The translations under genes were made by a program, and so were the position numbers. Shown here one piece after another: positions 28,756 through 38,306 of a stretch of DNA of 64,000 nt. The notes beneath the pieces were generated by a model. It was not told where the DNA came from, did not search any database, and was given only the letters and a program-made list of their open reading frames with translations. Position 1 is the first letter of the stretch. Each line of letters begins with the position of its first letter. Source of the stretch: Prolixibacteraceae bacterium (GTDB taxonomy: Bacteria > Bacteroidota > Bacteroidia > Bacteroidales > Prolixibacteraceae); the NCBI GenBank assembly GCA_041652995.1, contig JBAZGO010000010.1, positions 32,018 to 96,017 of the forward strand, written 5' to 3'.

Positions 28756-29775
28756 ATGCGGTATTTTTTGATGATTTTTGGTTTTCTGATTTTCCATCTT
28801 TCGGTTGAGGCGAGGTCGCTGGGTTCATATTTTTCATCGAAAAAGGATACCAGTTACATCGAAACTTATTACAAAGATCTCATTGTGAGGTTGTATTCGG
28901 GCGAAAAATCACATTTACTTGAATTAAGCGATTTGAATAGTCCATACCACCTGAAATATTTACCAAACGGTTATTTTAACATGGGGGCTGGTGTTAATTT
29001 CAGATCGTTTGGAATTAGTCTGGCCACAAAAATCCCAATATTTCAGAATAGTGAGGTTAAGCATGGCGAAACCAAACGCTTTGGTATTCAAAGTTATATC
29101 TATACAAGCAAGTTTGCGGTTGACGTTTTGGCTTCGTTTCTGAAAGGCTATTACCTGAATAATTCGTACGAGCATTTTTCTTCATTCACAAAAGAGAAGG
29201 AATACCAACGACCTGATATTTCGTCAGCGAATATGGGACTTAGTGTGAATTACATATTCAATAATTCGCATTTTTCATACCGGGCAGCTTTCAGCGATAC
29301 TGAAAAGCAAATTAAAAGTGCGGGTTCTTTTCTTGCCGGAGGAAGTATTTTCTCATACCAAACCCGGGCCGATTCGTCACTTGTTCCACATGGAATCAAT
29401 GAAAATTATTTCCTGAAGACTCGGGATATTTCGAAGTCGGGTGTGTTGGCATTCAATGCAAATATTGGATATGCTTATTCGCTTGTTTTCCTGAAGAATG
29501 GAATTTTCACTTTGTCGTATATTTTGGGCTCCGGAATTCAGGATAATTCAGTTGATCGAGAATTCGACAGCGGGATTAACAAATGGCGATTTAGCGTGAA
29601 CCATTCCGGGCGACTTGGAATTGGCTACAGGTTCCATCGGTTTTATGCCCGCGTGAGCGTGATCCGTTCAACGCAGTATACAAGCTTGAAATACAATGAT
29701 CTGAGCATCGAAAACGGAACTAATTTTTTACAGGTTTCGCTGGGGAAAAGAATTTTGCTCCGGAATAAAAAGTAA
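28756..29775 (+). CDS. DUF4421 family outer-membrane protein
   Basis: Signal peptide; YIFN...FSYRAAFS.TEKQ.KSAGSFLAG motif; beta-strand pattern. Confidence 0.7.
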   Translation: MRYFLMIFGFLIFHLSVEARSLGSYFSSKKDTSYIETYYKDLIVRLYSGEKSHLLELSDLNSPYHLKYLPNGYFNMGAGVNFRSFGISLATKIPIFQNSEVKHGETKRFGIQSYIYTSKFAVDVLASFLKGYYLNNSYEHFSSFTKEKEYQRPDISSANMGLSVNYIFNNSHFSYRAAFSDTEKQIKSAGSFLAGGSIFSYQTRADSSLVPHGINENYFLKTRDISKSGVLAFNANIGYAYSLVFLKNGIFTLSYILGSGIQDNSVDREFDSGINKWRFSVNHSGRLGIGYRFHRFYARVSVIRSTQYTSLKYNDLSIENGTNFLQVSLGKRILLRNKK

Positions 29776-29801
29776 AAGGCTCCCAACAAGAGAGCCTTTT
29801 T
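29774..29801 (+). terminator. Intrinsic terminator
   Basis: AAAAGGCTC...GAGCCTTTTT stem-loop right after the stop. Confidence 0.7.
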
Positions 29802-29848
29802 ATATTTTTTAATGATTGTCAGTTTATTTACTTATTTGCTTTTTCATA

Positions 29849-29924
29849 ATCGTCAATTGTTGTCATTCATTGTCAGTTATCGTTTCGCGGCAACTTAATG
29901 ACAACCAAATGACAATTAAATGAC
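29849..29924. repeat. Dispersed ~77-bp imperfect palindrome, copy A
   Basis: 67/77 identical (hand alignment) to the reverse complement of 37776-37852. GTCA at 29852/29862/29872; TGAC at 29899/29910/29921. Confidence 0.85.
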
Positions 29925-29963
29925 TTTTAATGAACTGTAGACACATTTGCAGATATCCAATGT

Positions 29964-30992
29964 TTATTCCCAATCCAGAATAATTTTTCCGCAATTCCCT
30001 TCTTCCATTATCCTGAAGGCTTCCTGGTAATCATCTGCGGGAAGACGATGAGTAATTACCGGTGAAATATCAAGGCCGTGCGAAAGCATCATTTCCATCT
30101 GGTACCAGGTTTCGTACATTTCGCGACCATAAATTCCTTTCAGTGTAAGTCCTTTGAAAATAAGTTTACTCCAATTTATTTGGGTTGACGACGGCAGCAA
30201 ACCCAGCAACGAAACTTTACCGCCATTGTACATATTCTCGACCATGTCGCCGAAAGCTATTGGCGAACCGCTGCATTCCAGACCGATATCGAAACCACCG
30301 ACCATTCCAAGCGATTTCATGGCATCTTTTATACTTTCTTTGGTCGGATCGATTACTTTGGTTGCCCCCATTTTAAGCGCCAGATTTCGCCTGTATTCAC
30401 TTAAATCGGTGCCAACAATGTAGCGGGCACCTGCATATTTGCAAACTGCTGTTGCCATTGCGCCAATTGGACCGCCAATTCCGGTAATTAAAACATCTTC
30501 GCCAAGCAATGGAAATGACAACGCCGTGTGGGTTGCATTTCCAAGCGGATCCATAATTGACATTAATTCATCAGAAATCCGCTCATCAACTTTTAGTACA
30601 TTAGAAGCTGGAACCGAAACATATTCAGCAAATCCACCGTCGCGATTAACTCCAATTCCAACGGTATGATCGCAGATGTGCTGACGTCCACGTCGGCAGT
30701 TCCTGCAAAACCCACACGAAATATGGCCCTCAACAGTAACGCGCTCGCCAATATGTACCCGTGAAACTTCCGAACCTTTTTCCACAACAACACCCATGTA
30801 TTCGTGTCCAATTACCAACGGCGTTTTAATGGTATTTTGTGCCCATTCGTCCCATTTGTAAATATGAAGATCGGTGCCGCAAATAGCCGATTTCTTTATC
30901 TTGATCAAAACATCATTGGGTCCGACAACCGGCATTGGAACGTCTGTCATCCAAATCCCTTTTTCAGGTTTAAGTTTTGCAATTGCTTTCAT
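29964..30992 (-). CDS. tdh: L-threonine 3-dehydrogenase
   Basis: AICGTDLHIYKWD.W, GHEY.G, EGHI.CG.CRNCR.G..H.C, DPLGNATHTAL, GIYGREMYETWY. Confidence 0.95.
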   Translation of the reverse strand: MKAIAKLKPEKGIWMTDVPMPVVGPNDVLIKIKKSAICGTDLHIYKWDEWAQNTIKTPLVIGHEYMGVVVEKGSEVSRVHIGERVTVEGHISCGFCRNCRRGRQHICDHTVGIGVNRDGGFAEYVSVPASNVLKVDERISDELMSIMDPLGNATHTALSFPLLGEDVLITGIGGPIGAMATAVCKYAGARYIVGTDLSEYRRNLALKMGATKVIDPTKESIKDAMKSLGMVGGFDIGLECSGSPIAFGDMVENMYNGGKVSLLGLLPSSTQINWSKLIFKGLTLKGIYGREMYETWYQMEMMLSHGLDISPVITHRLPADDYQEAFRIMEEGNCGKIILDWE

Positions 30993-31092
30993 GTTGGATT
31001 TTGATTGAAATTTACTGCAATATTAAGCTGTTCAGGATTGAAAACATAGAATGAAAATCATGTTTGAAGCAAACGCAAATTTCAGGAAAATA

Positions 31093-31128
31093 AAAGAGCC
31101 ACGGAATTTAAATTTTCCGCGGCTCTTT
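31093..31128. terminator. Intrinsic terminator downstream of the GH32 gene
   Basis: AAAGAGCCACGGAA...TTCCGCGGCTCTTT stem. Confidence 0.75.
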
Positions 31129-31146
31129 CTATTCTTTATTTTCGAA

Positions 31147-32601
31147 TTACTTTTCCTTTTCCCAGATTGATTTCATCGGATAAACTTCAAGTCTCTCAAC
31201 AAACAATTCACCTCCGGTATTGAATAAATAAATACCTTCGGCATTTTCGGTTGGCACAAAACACGAACTCATAACCGTTTTTCCATCATTGGCAAAAATT
31301 TCAATTGAACTTCTGTCCAGCAATATTTCAAGTTTAATTGTCCCGTCAACAGGCTCTATTTCAACCGATTTTCCTAAACACGACAATGTATTTGTTTTGA
31401 CATTATACATAATTTCGGTACCGTTTTGCTTTTTATCCAAACGCACCACCATTCCAAAACTATCGGCTGTTTTTAGTTTAAAACTTCCAATAATGTGCAA
31501 ACAGTCGCCCTTAATTCCGTGAGCCAGATTTTTATTAATTCCCGGAATCAGGTTTTTATTTTCCCAAACTTCACCTTTTTTTTCGTGGAGCAATTCAATT
31601 TCTTTTACCGGTTTTCTAACCAACTGAATTCCGTTCATGAATTTTTTAAGCGAAATCTCACAAGGGAAAGTCATTTGCCCGTTAAATGGCATGTCGGGAT
31701 ATTCGCCACCTCTCATCCAGGCAATCTGAATGGTTCGGCCATCACTTTCAGGAATGTTGCTCCAGATTTGGGTTGCATAATAATTTGCGCCATAATCGCC
31801 TGGCATTTTTTGAGTTTCAGAAATGAATTTTTCACCGTCGAAACTTCCGATAATATAGCTTCCATCACCGTCAAACAAAACCCACTTTTTATCGTCTTCT
31901 CTTCTGTTTACCGGCAATTCCACTAAATCGGGGCATTCAAAAAAGCCCGGAATGTGATTTTTGTATTGCCAGTCGATCAGGTTTTTCGAGGTATAAAATG
32001 ATATTCCTTTCTGCTTGTCGTTGTTGTTTGGTCTTCGGTACAAAACCATTACAAACTGTTTGCTTGCTTCGTGCCAGATTACTTTGGGGTCGCGGGCGTC
32101 ATCGGTCGGATCGTAAGGAATAAGCGGGTTCTTGTCGTATTTTTTCCATGTTCTTCCCTTATCGTTGCTGTAAGCCAGTCGCTGTCCGTTTTTTTTGCTG
32201 GTATAAAACAACAAAATTGTTTTCTCTTCACCCGATTGCAAACCGGTTACGTTGTTTATGTCGACAATTCCACTTCCTGAATAAGCTGTGCACGAATCTT
32301 TATCTTTCGAATCATTGTCGGGATATAAAGCAATAGGTAAATGTTCCCAATGAACCAAATCTTTACTTACAGCATGTCCCCAGTGCATATAGCCCCATTG
32401 CTTGTCAAATGGATTATACTGGTAAAACAAATGATATTCTCCTTTGTAAAAGACGAGGCCATTGGGGTCATTCATCCAGTTTTTTTCAGGAGTAAAATGA
32501 AATTGAGGCCGGTAAGTTTCGTTAAATAACTTTTCGGGTTTAGCCGCTTTTATTGAAATTGTAGTGATTAAAAAAATGAGGACTAATAAAGGAAATTTCA
32601 T
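31147..32601 (-). CDS. Glycoside hydrolase family 32 (levanase/fructosidase)
   Basis: Signal peptide; WMNDPNG, WGHAVS.DL, YSGS, RDPKV, FECP catalytic motifs. Confidence 0.95.
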   Translation of the reverse strand: MKFPLLVLIFLITTISIKAAKPEKLFNETYRPQFHFTPEKNWMNDPNGLVFYKGEYHLFYQYNPFDKQWGYMHWGHAVSKDLVHWEHLPIALYPDNDSKDKDSCTAYSGSGIVDINNVTGLQSGEEKTILLFYTSKKNGQRLAYSNDKGRTWKKYDKNPLIPYDPTDDARDPKVIWHEASKQFVMVLYRRPNNNDKQKGISFYTSKNLIDWQYKNHIPGFFECPDLVELPVNRREDDKKWVLFDGDGSYIIGSFDGEKFISETQKMPGDYGANYYATQIWSNIPESDGRTIQIAWMRGGEYPDMPFNGQMTFPCEISLKKFMNGIQLVRKPVKEIELLHEKKGEVWENKNLIPGINKNLAHGIKGDCLHIIGSFKLKTADSFGMVVRLDKKQNGTEIMYNVKTNTLSCLGKSVEIEPVDGTIKLEILLDRSSIEIFANDGKTVMSSCFVPTENAEGIYLFNTGGELFVERLEVYPMKSIWEKEK

Positions 32602-32795
32602 AGCTAAATTGTTATTTATATCGTACTTCAGGCAAATATAGATTAAAAAATGTGAATATTTCTGCTACATTTGAATTCTGGCTTGCCTGAAAATACTACG
32701 ATTGAAAGATTTACGTTTATGTGAAATTCTGCTTTATTGTGAAACAGACTGTTAAAGAGAAATTGAACGGGTCAGTGCTAAAATTAGTATAGAAA

Positions 32796-35261
32796 ATGAA
32801 GGAATATTTAGGTTTGGTTATTTTTCTGTTGTCGCTGGTGAGAGGCTACGGACAGGAAAACTGGAAGAAAACTGGAATTAAATTGCCACCAACAATTTGT
32901 TATGCGTCATCCGAATCTCATCGGTCATTCATTGAGCCGCCAGCGGAATACACAGCGCACCTGAAATCAGCTTCACTTGAAAAAGCAACAATTCTGGTAA
33001 CTTACAAAGGGTTTTCCAAATCTGCTCAACAGGCTTTTCAAAAGGCTGTCGATATTTGGTCGGAACTCATTTATTCGCCCGTTCCTATTCATGTTCAGGC
33101 CAATTGGGTCAGTCTCGATGAAAATGTTCTTGGAAGTTGTGGTCCGGCAGATTTTTATAAAAATTTCAATTCCACGCAGATTTGGGATTGTTATTATCCG
33201 GTTGCCTTAGTCGAGAAAATGTTGGGTGAAGAAGTAAATTCTTCCGAAAGTTTTGAAATCATTGGTTCTTTCAACAAGGATTTCACGAACTGGTATTTTG
33301 GAACCGATGGAAATACCCCTGATGACAAATACGATTTTGTATCTACTGTTTTGCACGAGTTAACTCACGGACTGGGTTTCTCGGGTTTTTTTTATACAAA
33401 CTCCGGAAAGGGCGGCTATGGCGCAGACGGTCTTTCGGCTAGTTTTGACCAATATGTCATCAATAAAACCGGCCAGCAACTTATTGATACGAAGCTTTTC
33501 ACCAACCCTTCCATAAGTTTATATCAGAATTTGACCTCCGGATGGCTGGAATTTAATACCAGTCTTGTTGATGGGCGATTGCCAAGGCTTTATGCACCGG
33601 TTACATACGACGACGGTTCAAGTATTTATCACCTTGATGAATCAACTTATTCGGAGGGAAGTGCAAACTCACTGATGACGCCGTTTACCGGGATGGGCGA
33701 AGCGATTTATGATCCCGGACCCAATACTCTGGCAATTATGTATGATATGGGCTGGAAAACTATTTCTATTTTTCACACTCCCCTGAAAGACATTGAATTT
33801 GTTACTGGATCAGAAAATTTTGAGGCTAAAATTGAAAGTGATTTCGATTTAGATTCAACAAGTTTGTACCTGGTATATTCTACCGATAATTTCGTTCATG
33901 CCGACTCGGTTTTGCTCACTCCATCAGCGACCTCCACTTTTTTTAATGCGCAAGCGAACCTGACACAAATCGGAACTTATCAGTATTATTTTTCGGCAAC
34001 CGATGTTAAAAACCGCAAATTTGTTCTTCCTTCAAATGCGCCTTCCCGATATTTCAGTTTTAAGATTGGTGTCGATAATGAACCTCCGGTTCTGACTCAC
34101 GACCCGGTGAAATTCCTTTTGACAACAAATCTTTCAGCGCCAATAAGCGTTGAGGCTACCGATAATATTGGTATTCAGTCGGTTGTACTCGATTATTTTG
34201 TAAACGGAGAACCGATGAAACAGATCACTTTGCAAAACGACACCAACGATATTTATACCGGAATTTTATCATTTCCTGAAGGCTCAGTTGCCGACGGTGA
34301 TGTGGTTAGTTACCGGATTCTGGCCACCGATAATTCATCGAACAAAAATGAGGGTCGACTACCTGATTCAGGTTTTTTTACATTTAACGTACAAGGTTTT
34401 CAAGAACCGGTTGAGCGTTACGTGACTAATTTCGATACGCCAAATACCGATTTTATCGGTTCAGATTTTACTATCGAAACGGTTTCAGGATTTGATAGTC
34501 CTGCATTAAATTCGGCTCATCCATACCTGAGTCCCAATACAGATATCCTGGAATTTAATTTCACCTCGGTGTTAAAATACCCGATTGTTCTGAAAACAGG
34601 GGGAAAGATTACATACGACGAAATTGTGCTGGTTGAACCGGGCGATGTGGGTAACAATTTTGGTGATCCGAATTTTTGGGATTATGTGATTATTGAAGGC
34701 TCGAAAGATGGAGGAACAACCTGGTTGCCTTTTGAGGACGGCTATGACAGTAATGCGCAAACGGCTTGGGTCGATTTGTTTAACAGCTCTTTTTCCGGAA
34801 ATAACAGCACCGCCGTTCCCACGAAGAATTTGTTTGTGCGGCATGTAACCGACCTGCTGGCCAATGGTAACTTTAGTGCAGGCGACACTGTTCAGGTTCG
34901 CTTTCGCTTGTTTTCCGATCCGTATGCCAACGGCTGGGGGTGGATCATTGATAACCTGGCTATTCAGGATTATAAAACAGCTTCGAGTCCCGAACTTTTG
35001 TCTTCCGGAGAAATTGAATTTTTCCCGAATCCGGCAACTAACCAGTTGAATGTAACCATTCAAGCAAAAAACGACATTAAAAATATGATCCTGAAAGCAT
35101 ATAATTCCTCCGGAAAACTGGTTTACACACAACAATATTCGGTCGGATCAAACCGGTTTCAAGCCAATATCGATGTCAGCAATTTTATTCCGGGCTTATA
35201 TTTATTTGGGCTCGAACCTGAAAAAGGAAAGCCAGTCACGCGGAAAATTCTTATCCGGTAA
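32796..35261 (+). CDS. T9SS-secreted putative zinc metallopeptidase
   Basis: Signal peptide; VLHELTHGLGF (HExxH); C-terminal sorting domain FFPNPATNQLNV...PGLYLF...VTRKILIR. Confidence 0.8.
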   Translation: MKEYLGLVIFLLSLVRGYGQENWKKTGIKLPPTICYASSESHRSFIEPPAEYTAHLKSASLEKATILVTYKGFSKSAQQAFQKAVDIWSELIYSPVPIHVQANWVSLDENVLGSCGPADFYKNFNSTQIWDCYYPVALVEKMLGEEVNSSESFEIIGSFNKDFTNWYFGTDGNTPDDKYDFVSTVLHELTHGLGFSGFFYTNSGKGGYGADGLSASFDQYVINKTGQQLIDTKLFTNPSISLYQNLTSGWLEFNTSLVDGRLPRLYAPVTYDDGSSIYHLDESTYSEGSANSLMTPFTGMGEAIYDPGPNTLAIMYDMGWKTISIFHTPLKDIEFVTGSENFEAKIESDFDLDSTSLYLVYSTDNFVHADSVLLTPSATSTFFNAQANLTQIGTYQYYFSATDVKNRKFVLPSNAPSRYFSFKIGVDNEPPVLTHDPVKFLLTTNLSAPISVEATDNIGIQSVVLDYFVNGEPMKQITLQNDTNDIYTGILSFPEGSVADGDVVSYRILATDNSSNKNEGRLPDSGFFTFNVQGFQEPVERYVTNFDTPNTDFIGSDFTIETVSGFDSPALNSAHPYLSPNTDILEFNFTSVLKYPIVLKTGGKITYDEIVLVEPGDVGNNFGDPNFWDYVIIEGSKDGGTTWLPFEDGYDSNAQTAWVDLFNSSFSGNNSTAVPTKNLFVRHVTDLLANGNFSAGDTVQVRFRLFSDPYANGWGWIIDNLAIQDYKTASSPELLSSGEIEFFPNPATNQLNVTIQAKNDIKNMILKAYNSSGKLVYTQQYSVGSNRFQANIDVSNFIPGLYLFGLEPEKGKPVTRKILIR

Positions 35262-35415
35262 ACAGAAATAAATCCGGCAAATAGTTCGTGTTTACGATTT
35301 CCTGAGTATGGTTAAAATCGGAACATCAAGTACCGGAACATTAAGATATTAAAGTATTTATTTGCAGAATCAGTTTCTTTTGTTCATTCAAAATTTTGAA
35401 TTGAAATAAAAACTA

Positions 35416-35423
35416 TATATTTG
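35416..35423 (+). promoter_or_regulatory. -7 promoter element for the aromatic leader/operon
   Basis: TATATTTG, 19 nt before the leader ATG. Confidence 0.6.
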
Positions 35424-35442
35424 CCGACCAATTGATAGTAGA

Positions 35443-35517
35443 ATGAAACGTACAAGCAACAACAGTTTTTTTTATTGGTTTTATTACTTCTGTTCTCATA
35501 TCGGGATCGGCAGGTAA
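35443..35517 (+). CDS. Aromatic amino acid attenuation leader peptide (24 aa)
   Basis: Hand translation MKRTSNNSFFYWFYYFCSHIGIGR*: eight consecutive Phe/Tyr/Trp codons upstream of tyrA. Confidence 0.88.
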   Translation: MKRTSNNSFFYWFYYFCSHIGIGR

Positions 35518-35548
35518 TGTCTTGTGTTGCTAAAAAAGATATTCAACG

Positions 35549-35580
35549 AAAGGGTCCCGTGTTAAACGAGACCCTTTTTT
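35549..35580 (+). terminator. Attenuator terminator hairpin
   Basis: AAAGGGTC(CCGT-GTTAA-ACGA)GACCCTTT followed by a T run. Its 5' arm GGTCCCG (35553-35559) can alternatively pair with CGGGATC (35502-35508). Confidence 0.85.
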
Positions 35581-35641
35581 ATTTTAGGTTCGGCTAATCC
35601 CGGCGCAATTGAGTTAATCAAAAAACGGAAAAATAAAATAT

Positions 35642-36538
35642 ATGAAACTTACAGTTATTGGATTGGGACTTATTGGTGGATCGATGGCCAAAGATTTGCG
35701 AAAAGCCCGTTTTGCAACCGAAATAACCGGTGTCGATTCGAATCCTGAAAATGCCCGGGAGGCGCTAAGTCTGGGAATTATCGACCGGGTAGGGACACTC
35801 GAAAATGCTGTGGAAAATGCTGATATGGTCATTATTGCGATTCCGGTTGACAAGGTTTTGGGTGTGCTGGTACAAGTATTGGATTTGGTTTCCGACCGAA
35901 CAACAGTTATCGATGTGGGCTCAACCAAGAAAGCAATTTCCGAAGCGGTTCAGAATCATCCGAAACGACGGAATTACATTGCTGCCCACCCAATGTCTGG
36001 AACTGAAAACTCGGGCCCGACAGCCGCACTCGAAGGACTTTTTGAGGGAAAAATCAACATCATTTGCGATCAGGAAAAATGCGGGCCGCTTCACCTGGCA
36101 TTTGCAGAAAAAGTGTTTCAGGTTTTGGGAATGGATATTGCCTACATGACAGCAGATGAACAGGATCACAGCACGGCATTTATTTCGCACCTGCCTCATG
36201 CCGCTGCTTTTGCCCTGGCCAATGCAGTGCTCGATAAGGAGGACCGCGAAATTATCTTTGATCTGGCCAGCGGAGGATTCAATTCAACCGTTCGGTTAGC
36301 CAAAAGTTCTCCTGAAATGTGGGGACCTATTTTTCAACAAAACAAAGACTACGTTGTTGAATCGCTCGATGTTTACATCAAACACCTGAAGGCTTTCAGG
36401 AAAAGCATTGAATCTGATGATCAGGGAGAAATGATGGCGCTGATGAAAAACGCCAACCGGATCCGAGGAATATTGGAAGGACAAGGTGATTCGCTGGTAA
36501 AAAATGAAAAGACAATCGTTAAACTTTATACAAAATAA
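35642..36538 (+). CDS. tyrA: Prephenate dehydrogenase
   Basis: IGLGLIGGS, DVGSTK, HPMSGTE, HD...A.ISHLPH, LASGGF.ST.RLA.S...MW. Confidence 0.95.
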   Translation: MKLTVIGLGLIGGSMAKDLRKARFATEITGVDSNPENAREALSLGIIDRVGTLENAVENADMVIIAIPVDKVLGVLVQVLDLVSDRTTVIDVGSTKKAISEAVQNHPKRRNYIAAHPMSGTENSGPTAALEGLFEGKINIICDQEKCGPLHLAFAEKVFQVLGMDIAYMTADEQDHSTAFISHLPHAAAFALANAVLDKEDREIIFDLASGGFNSTVRLAKSSPEMWGPIFQQNKDYVVESLDVYIKHLKAFRKSIESDDQGEMMALMKNANRIRGILEGQGDSLVKNEKTIVKLYTK

Positions 36539-36540
36539 TC

Positions 36541-37632
36541 ATGGGATTAGAATTAGAAATTAACCCAATCAAGCATTGGTTACCGCAAATAAACAATCCA
36601 CTTATTATTGCCGGACCGTGCAGCCTCGAAACTGAGGAACAAGCCATGGAAACTGCCCGGATGCTGGCCAAAGATCCGCGGGTATTTGCATATCGTGGCG
36701 GAGTTTGGAAACCACGGACGCGTCCAGGAAGTTTTGAAGGCATTGGTAGCATTGGATTGAAATGGCTGCAAATGGTCCGCGAAGAAACCGGTTTGCCCGT
36801 TGGAACAGAAATAGCTAATGCGCAACATGCCGAAGAAGCGCTGAATGCCAATCTCGATATACTTTGGATTGGCGCCCGCTCGACTGCCAGCCCATTTGTA
36901 GTGCAGGAAATTGCCGATGTGGTTAAAGGAACCGACGCTGTGGTCATGGTTAAAAACCCTGTAAATCCTGATGTTCAGCTTTGGCTGGGAGCTTTTGAAC
37001 GGTTAAGCCGTGCCGGGATCAAAAATATGGTGGCCATTCATCGTGGGTTCACTCCTTTCCGCGAAACCGAATACCGCAATTACCCAAACTGGAAAACAGT
37101 GATCGAATTGCGTCGTTTGATGCCAAATTTGCCCATTATTTGCGATCCAAGCCACATTGGCGGAAAGCGTGAATATTTGTTCGATATTTCGCAAAAAGCG
37201 TTTGATATGGGCATGGAAGGGCTGATGATTGAATCGCACCGCGATCCGTCATGTGCATTAAGTGACAAGGAACAGCAGCTTACTCCGGATGATTTGGCCA
37301 AACTGCTTGATCGTTTGGTTATTCGCACAGCAAATACCGACAATTCACAGTTTGAAAATCAGCTCGAAATGCTTCGAAGCCGCATTGATGCAATCGATAC
37401 TGAATTACTTGAGACCTTGTCGTCGCGTGTTGAAATAGTTAAACAAATTGGTCAGTACAAAAAGGACAACAACGTAACGGCATTTCAGGTCGGCCGTTTT
37501 TCCGAATTGATGGAAAAGCGCATGAAGGTTGGTGAGAACCTTAATCTGGACCGGAGTTTTGTACTTCATCTTTTCCAGCACATCCACGAAGATTCCGTAC
37601 GTATTCAAACCGATATCATGGATAAAGAATAA
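36541..37632 (+). CDS. Bifunctional DAHP synthase / chorismate mutase (Bacteroidota type)
   Basis: IAGPCSLE, WKPRTRPGSFEG, WIGARS, KNP, HRGF, CDPSH, GLMIESH; C-terminal AroQ LEMLRSRIDAID. Confidence 0.93.
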   Translation: MGLELEINPIKHWLPQINNPLIIAGPCSLETEEQAMETARMLAKDPRVFAYRGGVWKPRTRPGSFEGIGSIGLKWLQMVREETGLPVGTEIANAQHAEEALNANLDILWIGARSTASPFVVQEIADVVKGTDAVVMVKNPVNPDVQLWLGAFERLSRAGIKNMVAIHRGFTPFRETEYRNYPNWKTVIELRRLMPNLPIICDPSHIGGKREYLFDISQKAFDMGMEGLMIESHRDPSCALSDKEQQLTPDDLAKLLDRLVIRTANTDNSQFENQLEMLRSRIDAIDTELLETLSSRVEIVKQIGQYKKDNNVTAFQVGRFSELMEKRMKVGENLNLDRSFVLHLFQHIHEDSVRIQTDIMDKE

Positions 37633-37686
37633 ATAAACGGAGCAGGAAAGCCAAAGAACGAATATTGAAGATAGCAATTAAAATAC

Positions 37687-37720
37687 AAGCCGGTTAGGAT
37701 TTTTTCCTGGCCGGCTTTTT
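37687..37720 (+). terminator. Intrinsic terminator
   Basis: AAGCCGGTTAGG...CCTGGCCGGCTTTTT. Confidence 0.75.
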
Positions 37721-37775
37721 ATGTATTAAATGCAGGCGAAAGATGCTTTTAGGGATATCCGCAAACTTATCTGCG

Positions 37776-37852
37776 GTCATTTAATGGTCGTTTGGTTGTC
37801 ATTAAGTTGCCCTGAAACGATAAGTGACAACAGAATGACAACAACGGACAAT
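37776..37852. repeat. Dispersed ~77-bp imperfect palindrome, copy B (inverted relative to copy A)
   Basis: Reverse complement aligns to 29849-29924 at 67/77. Confidence 0.85.
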
Positions 37853-37859
37853 CATTTTT

Positions 37860-38239
37860 TTAAATTTTCCCCAATACCTTTTTAAAGGCCGAAATCATGC
37901 CTTTTTCGATAGCCGGATATTCTGAAATGTCTTTGCCAACATAAACGAACATCAGTACAATACGGAGATCTTTTGCGGCTAACTCTTCGTAAAATTTGGC
38001 TTTGTTCAGACGGTATGCTTCGCGCATGCGTCGTTTCAGCAAATTTCGTTTCACTGCACGTTTAAAATTTCGCTTCGAAACCGTAAAAGCTGCCTGGGCA
38101 GGGTAGGGCTGAGGTCCTTGGGTCTTCAGGAATACAACTTTAAACGGATAGGCCAAAAACGATTCTCCGGAGGTAAACAATTCCCCGATAAGTTTTGGTT
38201 GCAAAGCCTTTCCGATTTGTAAAGTGTAAATCCTGGCAT
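37860..38239 (-). CDS. rnpA: Ribonuclease P protein component, with an apparent 1-nt frameshift near codon 15
   Basis: ATG 38239 gives MPGFTLYKSERLCN. The body (KLIGELF...VSKRNFKRAVKRNLLKRRMREAYRLNK) is in another frame; 38239-38204 = 35 nt. Confidence 0.88.
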
Positions 38240-38255
38240 GAGTTGAAAGTACAAC

Positions 38256-38287
38256 AAAAAAGGGGAAATCTAATTTTCCCCTTTTTT
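38256..38287. terminator. Intrinsic terminator after hemD
   Basis: AAAAAAGGGGAAA-TCTAAT-TTTCCCCTTTTTT perfect 13-bp stem. Confidence 0.8.
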
Positions 38288-38306
38288 GTGTATTGCTTTG
38301 TTTTGG

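Noticed and set aside
29964-30992. tdh without an adjacent kbl
   Set aside because: Split tdh/kbl is common, and kbl may lie outside the window.
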